Source: a virus
Strand: one strand, 5' to 3'
DNA length: 44,891 nucleotides
IMG/VR virus record: IMGVR_UViG_3300028048_000213
Coordinates: 1 to 44,891 of that record
Numbering within the stretch: position 1 is the stretch's first letter; the number at the start of each line of letters is the position of its first letter. The position numbers were made by a program, and so were the translations under genes. The notes beneath the pieces are model-generated. The model saw nothing but the letters and a program-made list of their open reading frames with translations. It searched no databases and was not told the origin of the DNA. This document shows positions 8,331 through 17,185 of the stretch, one piece after another.

Positions 8331-8512
8331 TGAGAAAAATAAGTGAAATAGATAGTGTTTATTCAGTACAAGATGGCAATTGGATTGTTGCTTGGTTTTT
8401 TGACAAGACTCTTGCAAAGAATTATGTCAAAAGAGCATATGAGGACTGCAAGTATAATGATTTGAGCATTATTATGAAAAAAGTCAAAATAGAAGTGATT
8501 GAAGATGAGTGA
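8327..8512 (+). CDS. Hypothetical protein
   Basis: Translationally coupled ORF in a same-strand gene string; GGTGA RBS. Confidence 0.6.
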   Translation: MMRKISEIDSVYSVQDGNWIVAWFFDKTLAKNYVKRAYEDCKYNDLSIIMKKVKIEVIEDE

Positions 8513-8708
8513 GAAACGATTTGATGGAGAACCTATAAGTGAAGACACTTGTGCAAGGGTTAAAATGACTGATATATTATATCACATTATTGCTTTGAAA
8601 AAAAGAGCCGTAACTGAAAGGGATAAGGAGTTGTATGAGATTGCAGACTCATTGGAATTTCAAATGAAAATATTGATGGATAGTAACAACTCTTTTGAAA
8701 GGTGGTAA
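8505..8708 (+). CDS. Hypothetical protein
   Basis: Coupled ORF. Confidence 0.55.
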   Translation: MSEKRFDGEPISEDTCARVKMTDILYHIIALKKRAVTERDKELYEIADSLEFQMKILMDSNNSFERW

Positions 8709-8857
8709 TGATGAGTGATTGTGATAATTGCATACACACCTACTATGATAATAATGAATGGTACTGCATAATCGGAAACAGACCAAACAAGGAATGCAAA
8801 GACTATCGCCATTGGAACCAGTTAACAGATGAAGAGAGAGACCAATGCAACAATTAA
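8708..8857 (+). CDS. Small Cys-rich protein (49 aa)
   Basis: TAATG coupling; CDNC...WYC...C pattern. Confidence 0.5.
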   Translation: MMSDCDNCIHTYYDNNEWYCIIGNRPNKECKDYRHWNQLTDEERDQCNN

Positions 8858-9048
8858 AATGCAACTACTGTGGGAATGCCATAACCATAAGTGAATTATC
8901 AGCATTCCTACATTACCTATTCAAAAAGAAGTATTATGTACAATGCCCCAAATGCAGACACATAAGCAACTACCACATACGCTTATGGCTAGTACACGAC
9001 ACAACAGACAAACTCGAAAAAGAAACCAACAAAAAACTGAGATGGTAA
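8845..9048 (+). CDS. Zinc-ribbon protein
   Basis: CNYC...CPKC. Confidence 0.65.
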   Translation: MQQLKCNYCGNAITISELSAFLHYLFKKKYYVQCPKCRHISNYHIRLWLVHDTTDKLEKETNKKLRW

Positions 9049-9293
9049 AATTGACAGAAACAAAAACCGTACTACTAAAAGACCTAGTAGAACAAGCAAG
9101 ACGAACCTATGGATGGCCAAACCTACGCTCCAGTCCAAAGAAAGACCACATACGAAAAATCCCAGACACCTACTGGAAAGAACAACACGATCAAGGCAAA
9201 CAACTAAAACAGGTCGCCGAAGAATTAAACATAAGCCCCTGCTACCTATCTAAATACTTAACCAGTCAAGGGATATATTGGAGACAGTTATGA
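9042..9293 (+). CDS. Helix-turn-helix protein
   Basis: LKQVAEELNISPCYLSKYL HTH pattern; start at ATG 9042 overlaps the previous gene end. Confidence 0.6.
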   Translation: MVKLTETKTVLLKDLVEQARRTYGWPNLRSSPKKDHIRKIPDTYWKEQHDQGKQLKQVAEELNISPCYLSKYLTSQGIYWRQL

Positions 9294-9472
9294 TGAATGG
9301 CAGATACGAATATGATATAACCAATAGGTTAATCAAAAAAGATGGGAATTACCTTGCAAGATTAACCGACAAGGAAGCCCACAAGATAATTGATGAGCTT
9401 AACAGACAAGACAGAAAACTGAATGAATACGAAAGAACAATCAGTAAGATAAGGAAAATATTAAGAAGCTGA
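9278..9472 (+). CDS. Hypothetical protein with C-terminal coiled coil
   Basis: ORF track; coupled to neighbouring genes. Confidence 0.5.
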   Translation: METVMMNGRYEYDITNRLIKKDGNYLARLTDKEAHKIIDELNRQDRKLNEYERTISKIRKILRS

Positions 9473-9477
9473 TAAAT

Positions 9478-9642
9478 ATGCCGAACCAATTAGAGAATAT
9501 GTTAAGGGAAGTACAACAATCAATACTAATGATAGACAAACGAATAGCAAGCCTTGATGAAAGAAAAACAGAGTTGCTTAACTTCCGCCAAGAACTAGTA
9601 ACTGAACAAGAAAGACTACTCAGGGAGAAGCGATTAAGATGA
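9478..9642 (+). CDS. Small coiled-coil protein (54 aa)
   Basis: Open frame MPNQLENMLREVQ...RLR; stop overlaps the next ATG. Confidence 0.55.
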   Translation: MPNQLENMLREVQQSILMIDKRIASLDERKTELLNFRQELVTEQERLLREKRLR

Positions 9643-9833
9643 ATCCAAAACATAAAAGAAGCCTAAACATAATCAACGACACAATAACAGACCTAACCAA
9701 CTTCATCAACAACTTCTACAAACAACTACCACAAGGAGGAGACGATCCAAACCTTGACAAGAGGATAAAATCCGACCTTGACGATTTAAGAATATGTATC
9801 CAAATATACGAGAACAGGCTGGAACGGGAATGA
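9639..9833 (+). CDS. Hypothetical protein
   Basis: ATGA coupling on both ends. Confidence 0.55.
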   Translation: MNPKHKRSLNIINDTITDLTNFINNFYKQLPQGGDDPNLDKRIKSDLDDLRICIQIYENRLERE

Positions 9834-10096
9834 AATGCGGATACTGCGGAACACCATTCATACCACAGTATCCCAATCAGAAATACTGCAGCAAGGAGTG
9901 TAGCCGTAACAGGCACCGTGAGCAGAAATGCGAGTATGCACGGAGACGATATAATCAGATAAGGAATAAACAAATCATTGATGCTTCAGCCTTTCGTCCT
10001 GGAACAGGCAACCTAACACAACACAGGTTAACCGATGAAGAGGCGGAGTATGAGCGAATACAACGAGAAATCAAAAGACTACGGCTCCGAACTTAA
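9830..10096 (+). CDS. Zn-finger protein (CxxC...YCSxxC), paralog 1
   Basis: CGYC...KYCSKEC; shares GTGxLxxHR...EYExIQxExxRLRLR with 10733-10996. Confidence 0.7.
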   Translation: MKCGYCGTPFIPQYPNQKYCSKECSRNRHREQKCEYARRRYNQIRNKQIIDASAFRPGTGNLTQHRLTDEEAEYERIQREIKRLRLRT

Positions 10097-10438
10097 ACCG
10101 TCTAGGGTTAATAATAGTATAGGAGGAAAACAAAGGAATAACAAAAACAAGGGGAGCTTAACATTTTCACCTGATTGGATGATACTTCCCACAAACAATA
10201 ATACTAAAACTCTTCCCTGATAATCCTTTCTTTTTCTTTTATACCAAACAGTTCAAATGCAATTCATTAATACAAAGTTCCAAGTAATTAAAAGTCAAAT
10301 CGTCGCAAAGCAAAGTATATACCAAATAGTTTTACCATTTCTATAAGTATAGCCAAAATATAACAGCAGTCTTCAATCATTTGTGCAAAATATAGTATTC
10401 ATTTAAGTCCCTCCTACAAAGGATTTGAAACACAACAG

Positions 10439-10528
10439 GGTTTAGTATCATCCAAAAAATGGTGAAAAAAAAACAAGTTTCATTTATTTTAACTGGCATG
10501 GATTTTGGTTCAAACCCAAACCAAGCCA
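10439..10528 (+). pseudogene. Degenerate tRNA-like element
   Basis: Perfect T-arm TTTGG-TTCAAAC-CCAAA; acceptor stem 6/7 paired (GGTTTAG/CCAAGCC); D-like stem TCAT/GTGA; anticodon arm does not fold canonically. Confidence 0.35.
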
Positions 10529-10605
10529 ACAATATTTCCAAAAAAAGAAACCATTGTTTAAGGAATCATACGATATAAAAATATGCAACTATATCATAAT
10601 ATAGT

Positions 10606-10690
10606 AAAAAAACAGGGGGAGTACCATTGGGGGCTTCAGCAACCATAAACACTTTTTCTTATGGGCCTCAAAAACTCTCCCCCTTTTTTT
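10606..10690 (+). promoter_or_regulatory. Three-stem hairpin ending in a T-tract (terminator/attenuator-like or small RNA)
   Basis: AGGGGGAG/CTCCCCCT (8 bp), TTGGGGGC/GCCTCAA and CCATAA/TTATGG nested stems, followed by T7. Confidence 0.55.
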
Positions 10691-10732
10691 ACAACTACAA
10701 AAAAAGATAATACTTTTAACACTATTTTTAAT

Positions 10733-10996
10733 ATGACCACTCACTACTGCCAACTATGCGGAAAACCATACAAAAAAACAACGAACAACCAAAGATACTG
10801 TTCACAAGAATGTAGTCAGGAAGCCCGCAGACTCAAATCACGGGTATATTTTAGTCGATGGTACACGAAAAACAAAGTATACTGTTGGGCAAGGAAAAAG
10901 GGCACCGGCACACTAGGACCACACAGGCACGACAATGATGAGTCAGAGTATGAGGCGATCCAGAAAGAATTGCACCGCCTACGGCTACGAAAATAA
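10733..10996 (+). CDS. Zn-finger protein (CxxC...YCSxxC), paralog 2
   Basis: CQLC...RYCSQEC; same C-terminal motif as 9830-10096. Confidence 0.7.
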   Translation: MTTHYCQLCGKPYKKTTNNQRYCSQECSQEARRLKSRVYFSRWYTKNKVYCWARKKGTGTLGPHRHDNDESEYEAIQKELHRLRLRK

Positions 10997-11020
10997 AACT
11001 AACCCTAATCCTTTTTGACT

Positions 11021-11035
11021 TGCTTTGAGTGTATA
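11021..11035 (+). promoter_or_regulatory. Putative late promoter motif TGCTTTGAGTGTATA (copy 1)
   Basis: Exact 15-bp match to 17129-17143; both copies are intergenic and upstream of late gene blocks. Confidence 0.6.
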
Positions 11036-11072
11036 ATAACAGAACCCAAAATAAAAGGATAGGGAGGATAGG

Positions 11073-11432
11073 ATGAGTGGAGTCGAATGCCTACACGAAG
11101 AACAAATACAAAACCAATCACGGAAAATAACCGAACTAGAAGCACGTGCGGATTTCAAAGACAAAAGAATCGATGAATTATACGTTAAGATGGATAAGAT
11201 GGAAGATAAACTAGACAAGCTTAATGAGAATGTTAATCAATTATTGATACAATCACGGCAAGGGGACACCGACCTCGAATTAAGATTAAAAGCCATCGAA
11301 ACCGAACTCGCATTACAGAAACAAACCACCCTCGACAACCACAACCGAATAAGCAGCTTATTAGCCCTCATTGGTGTCGGATTAACCATTATAACCATCT
11401 TGATTAACGTTTATTTCAACATAATACGATAA
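11073..11432 (+). CDS. Coiled-coil protein with C-terminal transmembrane helix (XhlA/holin-like architecture)
   Basis: Long heptad repeat followed by LLALIGVGLTIITILINVYF. Confidence 0.6.
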   Translation: MSGVECLHEEQIQNQSRKITELEARADFKDKRIDELYVKMDKMEDKLDKLNENVNQLLIQSRQGDTDLELRLKAIETELALQKQTTLDNHNRISSLLALIGVGLTIITILINVYFNIIR

Positions 11433-11483
11433 CCCATTCATTAGAGAAAAATAAGATACAACAAGGATAATAATGGTGATAAT

Positions 11484-12164
11484 ATGGCAATAACCGAATG
11501 GCACGAACCTATACACGAATGTCAAAAAGGAGAAGTACAAAGGGAACGATGCTATTTAGAACCATACTTTTTCTTTAATGGAAATTTAAAAGACTATGCT
11601 GAATTATTACAATATGCATACAAAAAGAAATATCAACCGGACTTCTGCCAAACATCTGCTCAACATGAGGAGTTCCTTGAGAAACACCCTATATGTTTCC
11701 ATCCTTATGATATTAAAAAAGGGAGTGCACCTACACACATTCAACTAAAAGAATGGAGTAGAGGAGTAAATGTTTCATGTGATGAAAAGCATAACTGGGA
11801 TGCGAGAAGGTCAAGTAAAAGGAATGAAGTCAACCGATTAGCCGAAGAAAACCTTGCAGCACAATTAACCGAAGACTTACCTTATTTTTATGAATGTGTC
11901 AAAAGAGGTTTCAAAGAAGTGGATGAATCTGTTGAAAACGCAAAGATGATGGGAAAATTCACACCACATCAAGCAGAATCAGCAACCAAAGGAAGAAACA
12001 ATGCAGTCAACAGTTTACTTCAATTAACTGGTAAAGACAAGAATTATAATGTCAAAGCAGATGTTGATGCAGAAACCAAAGTAGAATACTCTAACGTGGA
12101 TAATTTACTGGAGGCATTCCATGCAAGCAAAGCCGAATGGGACAAACACAAACAACAACAATAA
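11484..12164 (+). CDS. Probable terminase small subunit
   Basis: Lies immediately upstream of and overlaps terL; helical C-terminus. Positional inference. Confidence 0.55.
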   Translation: MAITEWHEPIHECQKGEVQRERCYLEPYFFFNGNLKDYAELLQYAYKKKYQPDFCQTSAQHEEFLEKHPICFHPYDIKKGSAPTHIQLKEWSRGVNVSCDEKHNWDARRSSKRNEVNRLAEENLAAQLTEDLPYFYECVKRGFKEVDESVENAKMMGKFTPHQAESATKGRNNAVNSLLQLTGKDKNYNVKADVDAETKVEYSNVDNLLEAFHASKAEWDKHKQQQ

Positions 12165-13425
12165 TATCTTGCACCTTGGAGCCTTCAGCCTCAAAGCACA
12201 GTCATTCATCTATGACTCCGATGCTTTCATCAATATTGCACATGGAAGTGTCCGTAGTGGTAAGACAATCGCAGCAACATTCAAATTCCTAATCTTCGTA
12301 CTCAAATCAGACTACTACGAGTTTATGATAAGTGGTAAAACAAGAGACACTATTGAAAGGAATGTAGTCAGAGACCTAATCCGCATGATAGACGGCAGAA
12401 TACCATATGTCTATCGGAAGTTCGACAACTACATTGAAATCGCCGGCAACAAGATATGGCTAATCGGTTTCAGTGACGAAGGAGCAACCGAGAAAGTACG
12501 GGGAATGACAGTAGGCGGATGGTACGCCGATGAAATAATAAGTGCAAGTAAATCCACTGTTGAGATGGCAATCACAAGGTGCAGTGTGGATGGAGCACAA
12601 ATGTTCTGGACAATGAACCCAGAATCTCCTTATCATTTCATCTACACCGACTACATAACCAATCAAGAATTACTTGACTCAGGAACCGTTAAGTGTTGGC
12701 ACTTCACACTAGAAGACAACCTACACCTAAGCCAAAGATACATAGAGGAACTCAAAAGAGTCAACCGGAAATCACAAGTCAATTACAAACGAAACATACT
12801 AGGAGAATGGGTAATCGCCGAGGGAGTAATCTACGACAGCTTCGACGAAAACATCCATGTCTTCCATGACGATCTAACTTCAACCTTCGATGAGATTAAT
12901 ATCTGTTGTGACTATGGAGTATCCACAGTAACCACTTTTGGAGTGATGGGGATAGTCAAGAATACAAAAGAGGGCAACACTTACTACCTGCAAGAGGAAA
13001 CCTATTACGATGCAACCGTGAAAGGAGTAGCCCAATCTGATAGTGATCGTGTAAATGATATTCTCCGATTGCAAGACAAGTATGGATTAGGTAAACGAAG
13101 CACTATCTACTTGCCACATGATGCTGCAAGTCTGAAAGCCCAATGCAAACAAGACCCCCACATACGGATGAAAGTACGAACCTACGCCCCTGACACTTTC
13201 AAAGACATAACAAGGATACAGGACCTGTTCAACAATCAAAGGTTCTTTATTCATGAATCCTGCAAGAATAGTATTACCCAAGCTCAAACTTATTGTTGGG
13301 ATACCAAAGCTCAACAACGTGGCGAGGATAAGCCTTTGAAGGTGGATGACCATTGCCCTGATATGTGGCGTGGTGGTTTATTCGGTTCCAGGTTGAGCCG
13401 AAGAGGACAAAAGATTAATGCGTGA
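12121..13425 (+). CDS. terL: Terminase large subunit (PBSX-like)
   Basis: HGSVRSGKT Walker A, YADE Walker B, TMNP motif, nuclease residues CDYG and DDHCPD. Confidence 0.93.
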   Translation: MQAKPNGTNTNNNNNILHLGAFSLKAQSFIYDSDAFINIAHGSVRSGKTIAATFKFLIFVLKSDYYEFMISGKTRDTIERNVVRDLIRMIDGRIPYVYRKFDNYIEIAGNKIWLIGFSDEGATEKVRGMTVGGWYADEIISASKSTVEMAITRCSVDGAQMFWTMNPESPYHFIYTDYITNQELLDSGTVKCWHFTLEDNLHLSQRYIEELKRVNRKSQVNYKRNILGEWVIAEGVIYDSFDENIHVFHDDLTSTFDEINICCDYGVSTVTTFGVMGIVKNTKEGNTYYLQEETYYDATVKGVAQSDSDRVNDILRLQDKYGLGKRSTIYLPHDAASLKAQCKQDPHIRMKVRTYAPDTFKDITRIQDLFNNQRFFIHESCKNSITQAQTYCWDTKAQQRGEDKPLKVDDHCPDMWRGGLFGSRLSRRGQKINA

Positions 13426-13431
13426 TATATT

Positions 13432-15030
13432 ATGACAAAGAAATCTGATAGTTTTATAGTGACAATCGACAATGAAAAAGAGTACCATGTTATCGACCAG
13501 TTAGAACTCGATAAGCACGCTTTGAAAGCAGATATTGACCCTGCGACTGGGAGTAAACAAGTAGTGGATGAAACCTACAAGATGGGACATAACATTCTGA
13601 ACCCAAAGTACAACCCATACGACCTTGTACAGTTACTAGACTTGTACACTTATCATGCGAGTTGTGTGGAAGCGGTCGCAATGGATGCCAGCGGTATCAG
13701 TTACACATTGAAACCAATAGAAGGTACCGAACCAATCGAGGCGGAAAAGGAACGCTTCATTAGTGTGTTGGATAATTGTACTCCAAGTATTAATACTCAT
13801 TTGCAACGGTTAGTGTATGACCGCCGTGCAATCGGTTATGGTGCTTTGGAAGTGATAAGGGAGGATAAGTCTGATTCTGATATTATCAGGTTGAAGCATA
13901 TTCCTGCACAGACATTAAGAAGACACGCCGACCTTAAACGGGTATTGCACACTACACCATCTGGCAAGCGAGTATGGTTCGTGATTTATGGTAAGAATTA
14001 TGATGAGTATGGTAACAAGTGTGATGTTCATGCAGATACTGGTGAATTCCACCCATATAATTCATTGGAGCCTCATGAGAAAGCCAACGAATTGTTATGG
14101 AGTATGGAGTATGCTCCTGGCACGGATTATTATGGCAGACCACCAATAGTCAGTTGCCTTGGTTCAATTAAGGGGGATATTGGAGCGGTCAAGTATAATA
14201 ATGCATTCTTTGACAATTATGGTATGCCAAAATTCGCAATCACAGTTACAGGCGATTTTGCGGATTATGACCTGGAACCTGATGACCCTGAATATGATGT
14301 AACCCAAACACTCAGGTATAAGATTGGTCAGCAGATTAAGGAAGTCATTAAGAACCCACACTCTGCAATATGTATAACTATCCCTAGTGAGGGTGAAGAG
14401 GGTAATGTTGACTTGAACATCACACCTTTATCTGTGCAGACTGAGGAAGGACATTTCCGTATGTATCGTAAGGATACCCGTGATGAGGTTATTCATGCTC
14501 ACCATATGGACCCAAGCCGTCTCGGTGTGTTTGATAGTGGTAACCTAAACGGCAGTAACTCCGAAGCGACTATGAGCAGTTACAAATATGGTACTATTGC
14601 TCCAATCAAGGCAGAGATGGAGTCATTGATTAATCAAATCGGAACCGAATTAGGAATCACCAGTTGGAAGTTCAGTATTGAAGATGTTGCACCGATTGAT
14701 TATACTAAGGACTTGGCATTAGCCGACTTCTTGTTTGCAAGGGGTGCTATGACTATTAAGGAATTGATTGATAACTTCGGTGGAAAATTCGGACTAACAA
14801 TTGAAGATCCAGATGATTATTACCTGAATGCAAGATATTTGAATAATGTACCACTTGAACAAGTATGGAATAATACCGAGAACAATCCAATGCTCGAAGT
14901 GGACACTATACTCGGCAGTTTGGAAGACCAATTATGGAATGATAATGAAGAGGTAAAGGATGACATTACCCGAGAGGACCAAGAAACAGTTGCTGGCAAG
15001 CCAGGTCGCATTGAAGCGAAGGCAGAATAA
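13432..15030 (+). CDS. Portal protein
   Basis: Follows terL; YYGRPP and FFDNYGMPKFAI portal motifs; 532 aa. Confidence 0.9.
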   Translation: MTKKSDSFIVTIDNEKEYHVIDQLELDKHALKADIDPATGSKQVVDETYKMGHNILNPKYNPYDLVQLLDLYTYHASCVEAVAMDASGISYTLKPIEGTEPIEAEKERFISVLDNCTPSINTHLQRLVYDRRAIGYGALEVIREDKSDSDIIRLKHIPAQTLRRHADLKRVLHTTPSGKRVWFVIYGKNYDEYGNKCDVHADTGEFHPYNSLEPHEKANELLWSMEYAPGTDYYGRPPIVSCLGSIKGDIGAVKYNNAFFDNYGMPKFAITVTGDFADYDLEPDDPEYDVTQTLRYKIGQQIKEVIKNPHSAICITIPSEGEEGNVDLNITPLSVQTEEGHFRMYRKDTRDEVIHAHHMDPSRLGVFDSGNLNGSNSEATMSSYKYGTIAPIKAEMESLINQIGTELGITSWKFSIEDVAPIDYTKDLALADFLFARGAMTIKELIDNFGGKFGLTIEDPDDYYLNARYLNNVPLEQVWNNTENNPMLEVDTILGSLEDQLWNDNEEVKDDITREDQETVAGKPGRIEAKAE

Positions 15031-16864
15031 CGAAGCCCAGCTTGAAAAGGAATTAGGCCGCTTCTTCCGTAAGCTAAAAAAGGAAGTCTTAAAAGGATTA
15101 GATGAGTATTGGAGCGATTACCAGTTACTCCAAGGCCAGGTTAATCTGATGTTAAGCCCAATCCACGAAGCTCACAAGGAATACTATGAGATAATACGGA
15201 AGTATAAGCTCCGAGAATACCAGTTAGGAAAGGCTGAGGCTAAACGGTTAACCAAGCGAGCAAACAAGGATAAGGTTGCTTTAAAGGCCGCCACTACATT
15301 AAGCATTCAGGGATTCATAGACAAGGATAAGAATTCCTTGTTTGGCACAATACCCAAGGCGGAAGAAGACCTACTCAACAGAACATTCCGAGCCAGTGAG
15401 AACACACTAAACCGAGTAGACAACCAACTCAACCAGATAATAAGTGATGGTTACCGAGAGGGAAAGGGCATAAACAAGGTCGCAAATGACATTACCCAAA
15501 GGTTCGACCAGTTAGCGGACTGGGAAGCCCGAAGGATAGCACGGACTGAGATAAACACCAGCCACAACCAAGCAACAAGAGACCAATACAAGGAGGACGG
15601 TGTAGAGTATACTCAATGGATCGCCGCAAATGATGACCGTACCCGTGATAGTCATGCCGAGGTGGATGGTGAGATTATACCGATTGATGGTAAATACTCT
15701 AATGGTTTAGCGTTTCCTGGGGATACTAGTGGTCCTATTGAAGAGTGGATTAATTGTAGGTGTAGTAATGCACCTTTCGTGATTCCTTATGGTTTTATGG
15801 CTCCAAGTTTCAGTCCTTTCAGGGAGTCTGACCTTGTACCAATCAATACGGAAAGTTTAAGCGAACCAAGTCAGGAGCAATTAGAGGCTAATCTTACACA
15901 AGCCCAAAGAAGCCAATACGAGCAGTACACTAAGGCGGTTAATGAGGCACAAGCAGTTATTGATAGTAAGTTCAGTCTGCCACGTGAACGGTTACAGGCT
16001 AGGACTCAGTTGGAGTATAATCTTAGCAAGCTTAATCAGTTGAAGTTGGTGGCTAATGGTGAATTGGCACGTGGTTACCAAGGAATAATCGGAGCTGTAA
16101 CAACACCACAAGACCAACGAGAAGCGGAAACCCAAGACACTCAACAAATCATTGATGAAATGAACAAACCAATAGAAGAAGAAAATTGGGTTAATACTTA
16201 CGCTGTTGAAGAGGGTTCAACATTTAATACATATACCCTAGAAAATGGAACACAAATAACAGTTGACCACGAAACTAATTTAACATTTGAAATTTTACAA
16301 GACCATTTAAATAACCTTCCATCAGATGCAAAATTAAGCTCTGAAAACCTCGCAAAAATTGAAATCAAAGCAACTAACAAGAGGTCGGTTAATGGTGAAT
16401 TTAATAATAGAACTAAGACATTGACAATATATGATAACAATCAAACTGTTGGAAAAAAGTTAGATACATTTAATCACGAATTAACTCATGCTAAAGATGG
16501 TGCAAATAGTAAATATTTCAAATTATCTAGTATTGAAGAGTATGAGAAGATTGTGCAAGAAGATAATAAATTATACAAATATATTGCACCTAATGGTAAA
16601 GAGAGAATTCCTTATAAACCTCCTACAGATTATGCTGGAAGGTCCTATGTTAAATATAATAAAAATTACAAAACTAAGTTAAAAACTTGGAAAAAAGGGT
16701 CTCAAAATCCTGCTTTAAAACCACATAATGAATGTTATGTGGAGGATTTTGCAGAGTCTGGAATGTTATACTTAAATGAGAGTACACATAATCAATTTGT
16801 TAAAGAGTTCCCTAATCGTGCAAAATATTTAGAAGGGATTTATGGCAAACCAAAATTCAAATAG
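14960..16864 (+). CDS. MuF-like minor head protein with C-terminal HExxH metallopeptidase-like extension
   Basis: RRIARTE...W...DDRTRDSH...INCRC MuF signature; C-terminal FNHELTH and EDFAES. Confidence 0.85.
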   Translation: MTLPERTKKQLLASQVALKRRQNNEAQLEKELGRFFRKLKKEVLKGLDEYWSDYQLLQGQVNLMLSPIHEAHKEYYEIIRKYKLREYQLGKAEAKRLTKRANKDKVALKAATTLSIQGFIDKDKNSLFGTIPKAEEDLLNRTFRASENTLNRVDNQLNQIISDGYREGKGINKVANDITQRFDQLADWEARRIARTEINTSHNQATRDQYKEDGVEYTQWIAANDDRTRDSHAEVDGEIIPIDGKYSNGLAFPGDTSGPIEEWINCRCSNAPFVIPYGFMAPSFSPFRESDLVPINTESLSEPSQEQLEANLTQAQRSQYEQYTKAVNEAQAVIDSKFSLPRERLQARTQLEYNLSKLNQLKLVANGELARGYQGIIGAVTTPQDQREAETQDTQQIIDEMNKPIEEENWVNTYAVEEGSTFNTYTLENGTQITVDHETNLTFEILQDHLNNLPSDAKLSSENLAKIEIKATNKRSVNGEFNNRTKTLTIYDNNQTVGKKLDTFNHELTHAKDGANSKYFKLSSIEEYEKIVQEDNKLYKYIAPNGKERIPYKPPTDYAGRSYVKYNKNYKTKLKTWKKGSQNPALKPHNECYVEDFAESGMLYLNESTHNQFVKEFPNRAKYLEGIYGKPKFK

Positions 16865-16870
16865 GAGCAT

Positions 16871-17005
16871 ATGTTTATGACACAAGTAGAAGAATTAATC
16901 AAAGAAGTAAAAGAGTTAAGAAAACAAGTTGAAGAATTAACCAAAAGAGTAGATGATTTGGAGGATGTTGTGGCGGATGTTCCGAGCGATATAATCGTAC
17001 CTTAG
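16871..17005 (+). CDS. Small coiled-coil protein (44 aa)
   Basis: GGAG RBS; VEELIKEVKELRKQVEELTKRVDDLE heptads; not in the ORF track. Confidence 0.55.
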   Translation: MFMTQVEELIKEVKELRKQVEELTKRVDDLEDVVADVPSDIIVP

Positions 17006-17031
17006 ATGATGCTTGTGAAATTCATTCTCAT

Positions 17032-17125
17032 TATCCCCCCCCTTTTTTTATCCCTTTTTTTATCCTTTTTTTGATTATCGTAACAATTTAGTTTAATCTT
17101 TTTTTCTTTACTACCTTTTTTTTTA
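17032..17125 (+). terminator. T-tract terminator region with repeated (T)nATCC units
   Basis: Several T6-T9 runs; the same (T)nATCC unit recurs at 34194-34238 after the lysis block. Confidence 0.55.
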
Positions 17126-17128
17126 AAC

Positions 17129-17143
17129 TGCTTTGAGTGTATA
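17129..17143 (+). promoter_or_regulatory. Putative late promoter motif TGCTTTGAGTGTATA (copy 2)
   Basis: Exact match to 11021-11035; upstream of the protease/capsid operon. Confidence 0.6.
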
Positions 17144-17185
17144 CTAAGAAAGCCTAAAAATAAAAGAGCATAATCGGCTTTCGGA

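Noticed and set aside
10439-10528. Functional tRNA-Leu(CAA)
   Set aside because: The anticodon stem does not pair and the loop lacks the conserved pyrimidine-U; kept only as a tRNA-like element.
10661-10732. Upstream in-frame starts given by the ORF track (e.g. 10661, 9794, 8943, 540, 326, 163, 19566)
   Set aside because: They run through hairpins or neighbouring genes; downstream ATGs with an RBS or coupling, matched by paralog alignment, are more plausible.
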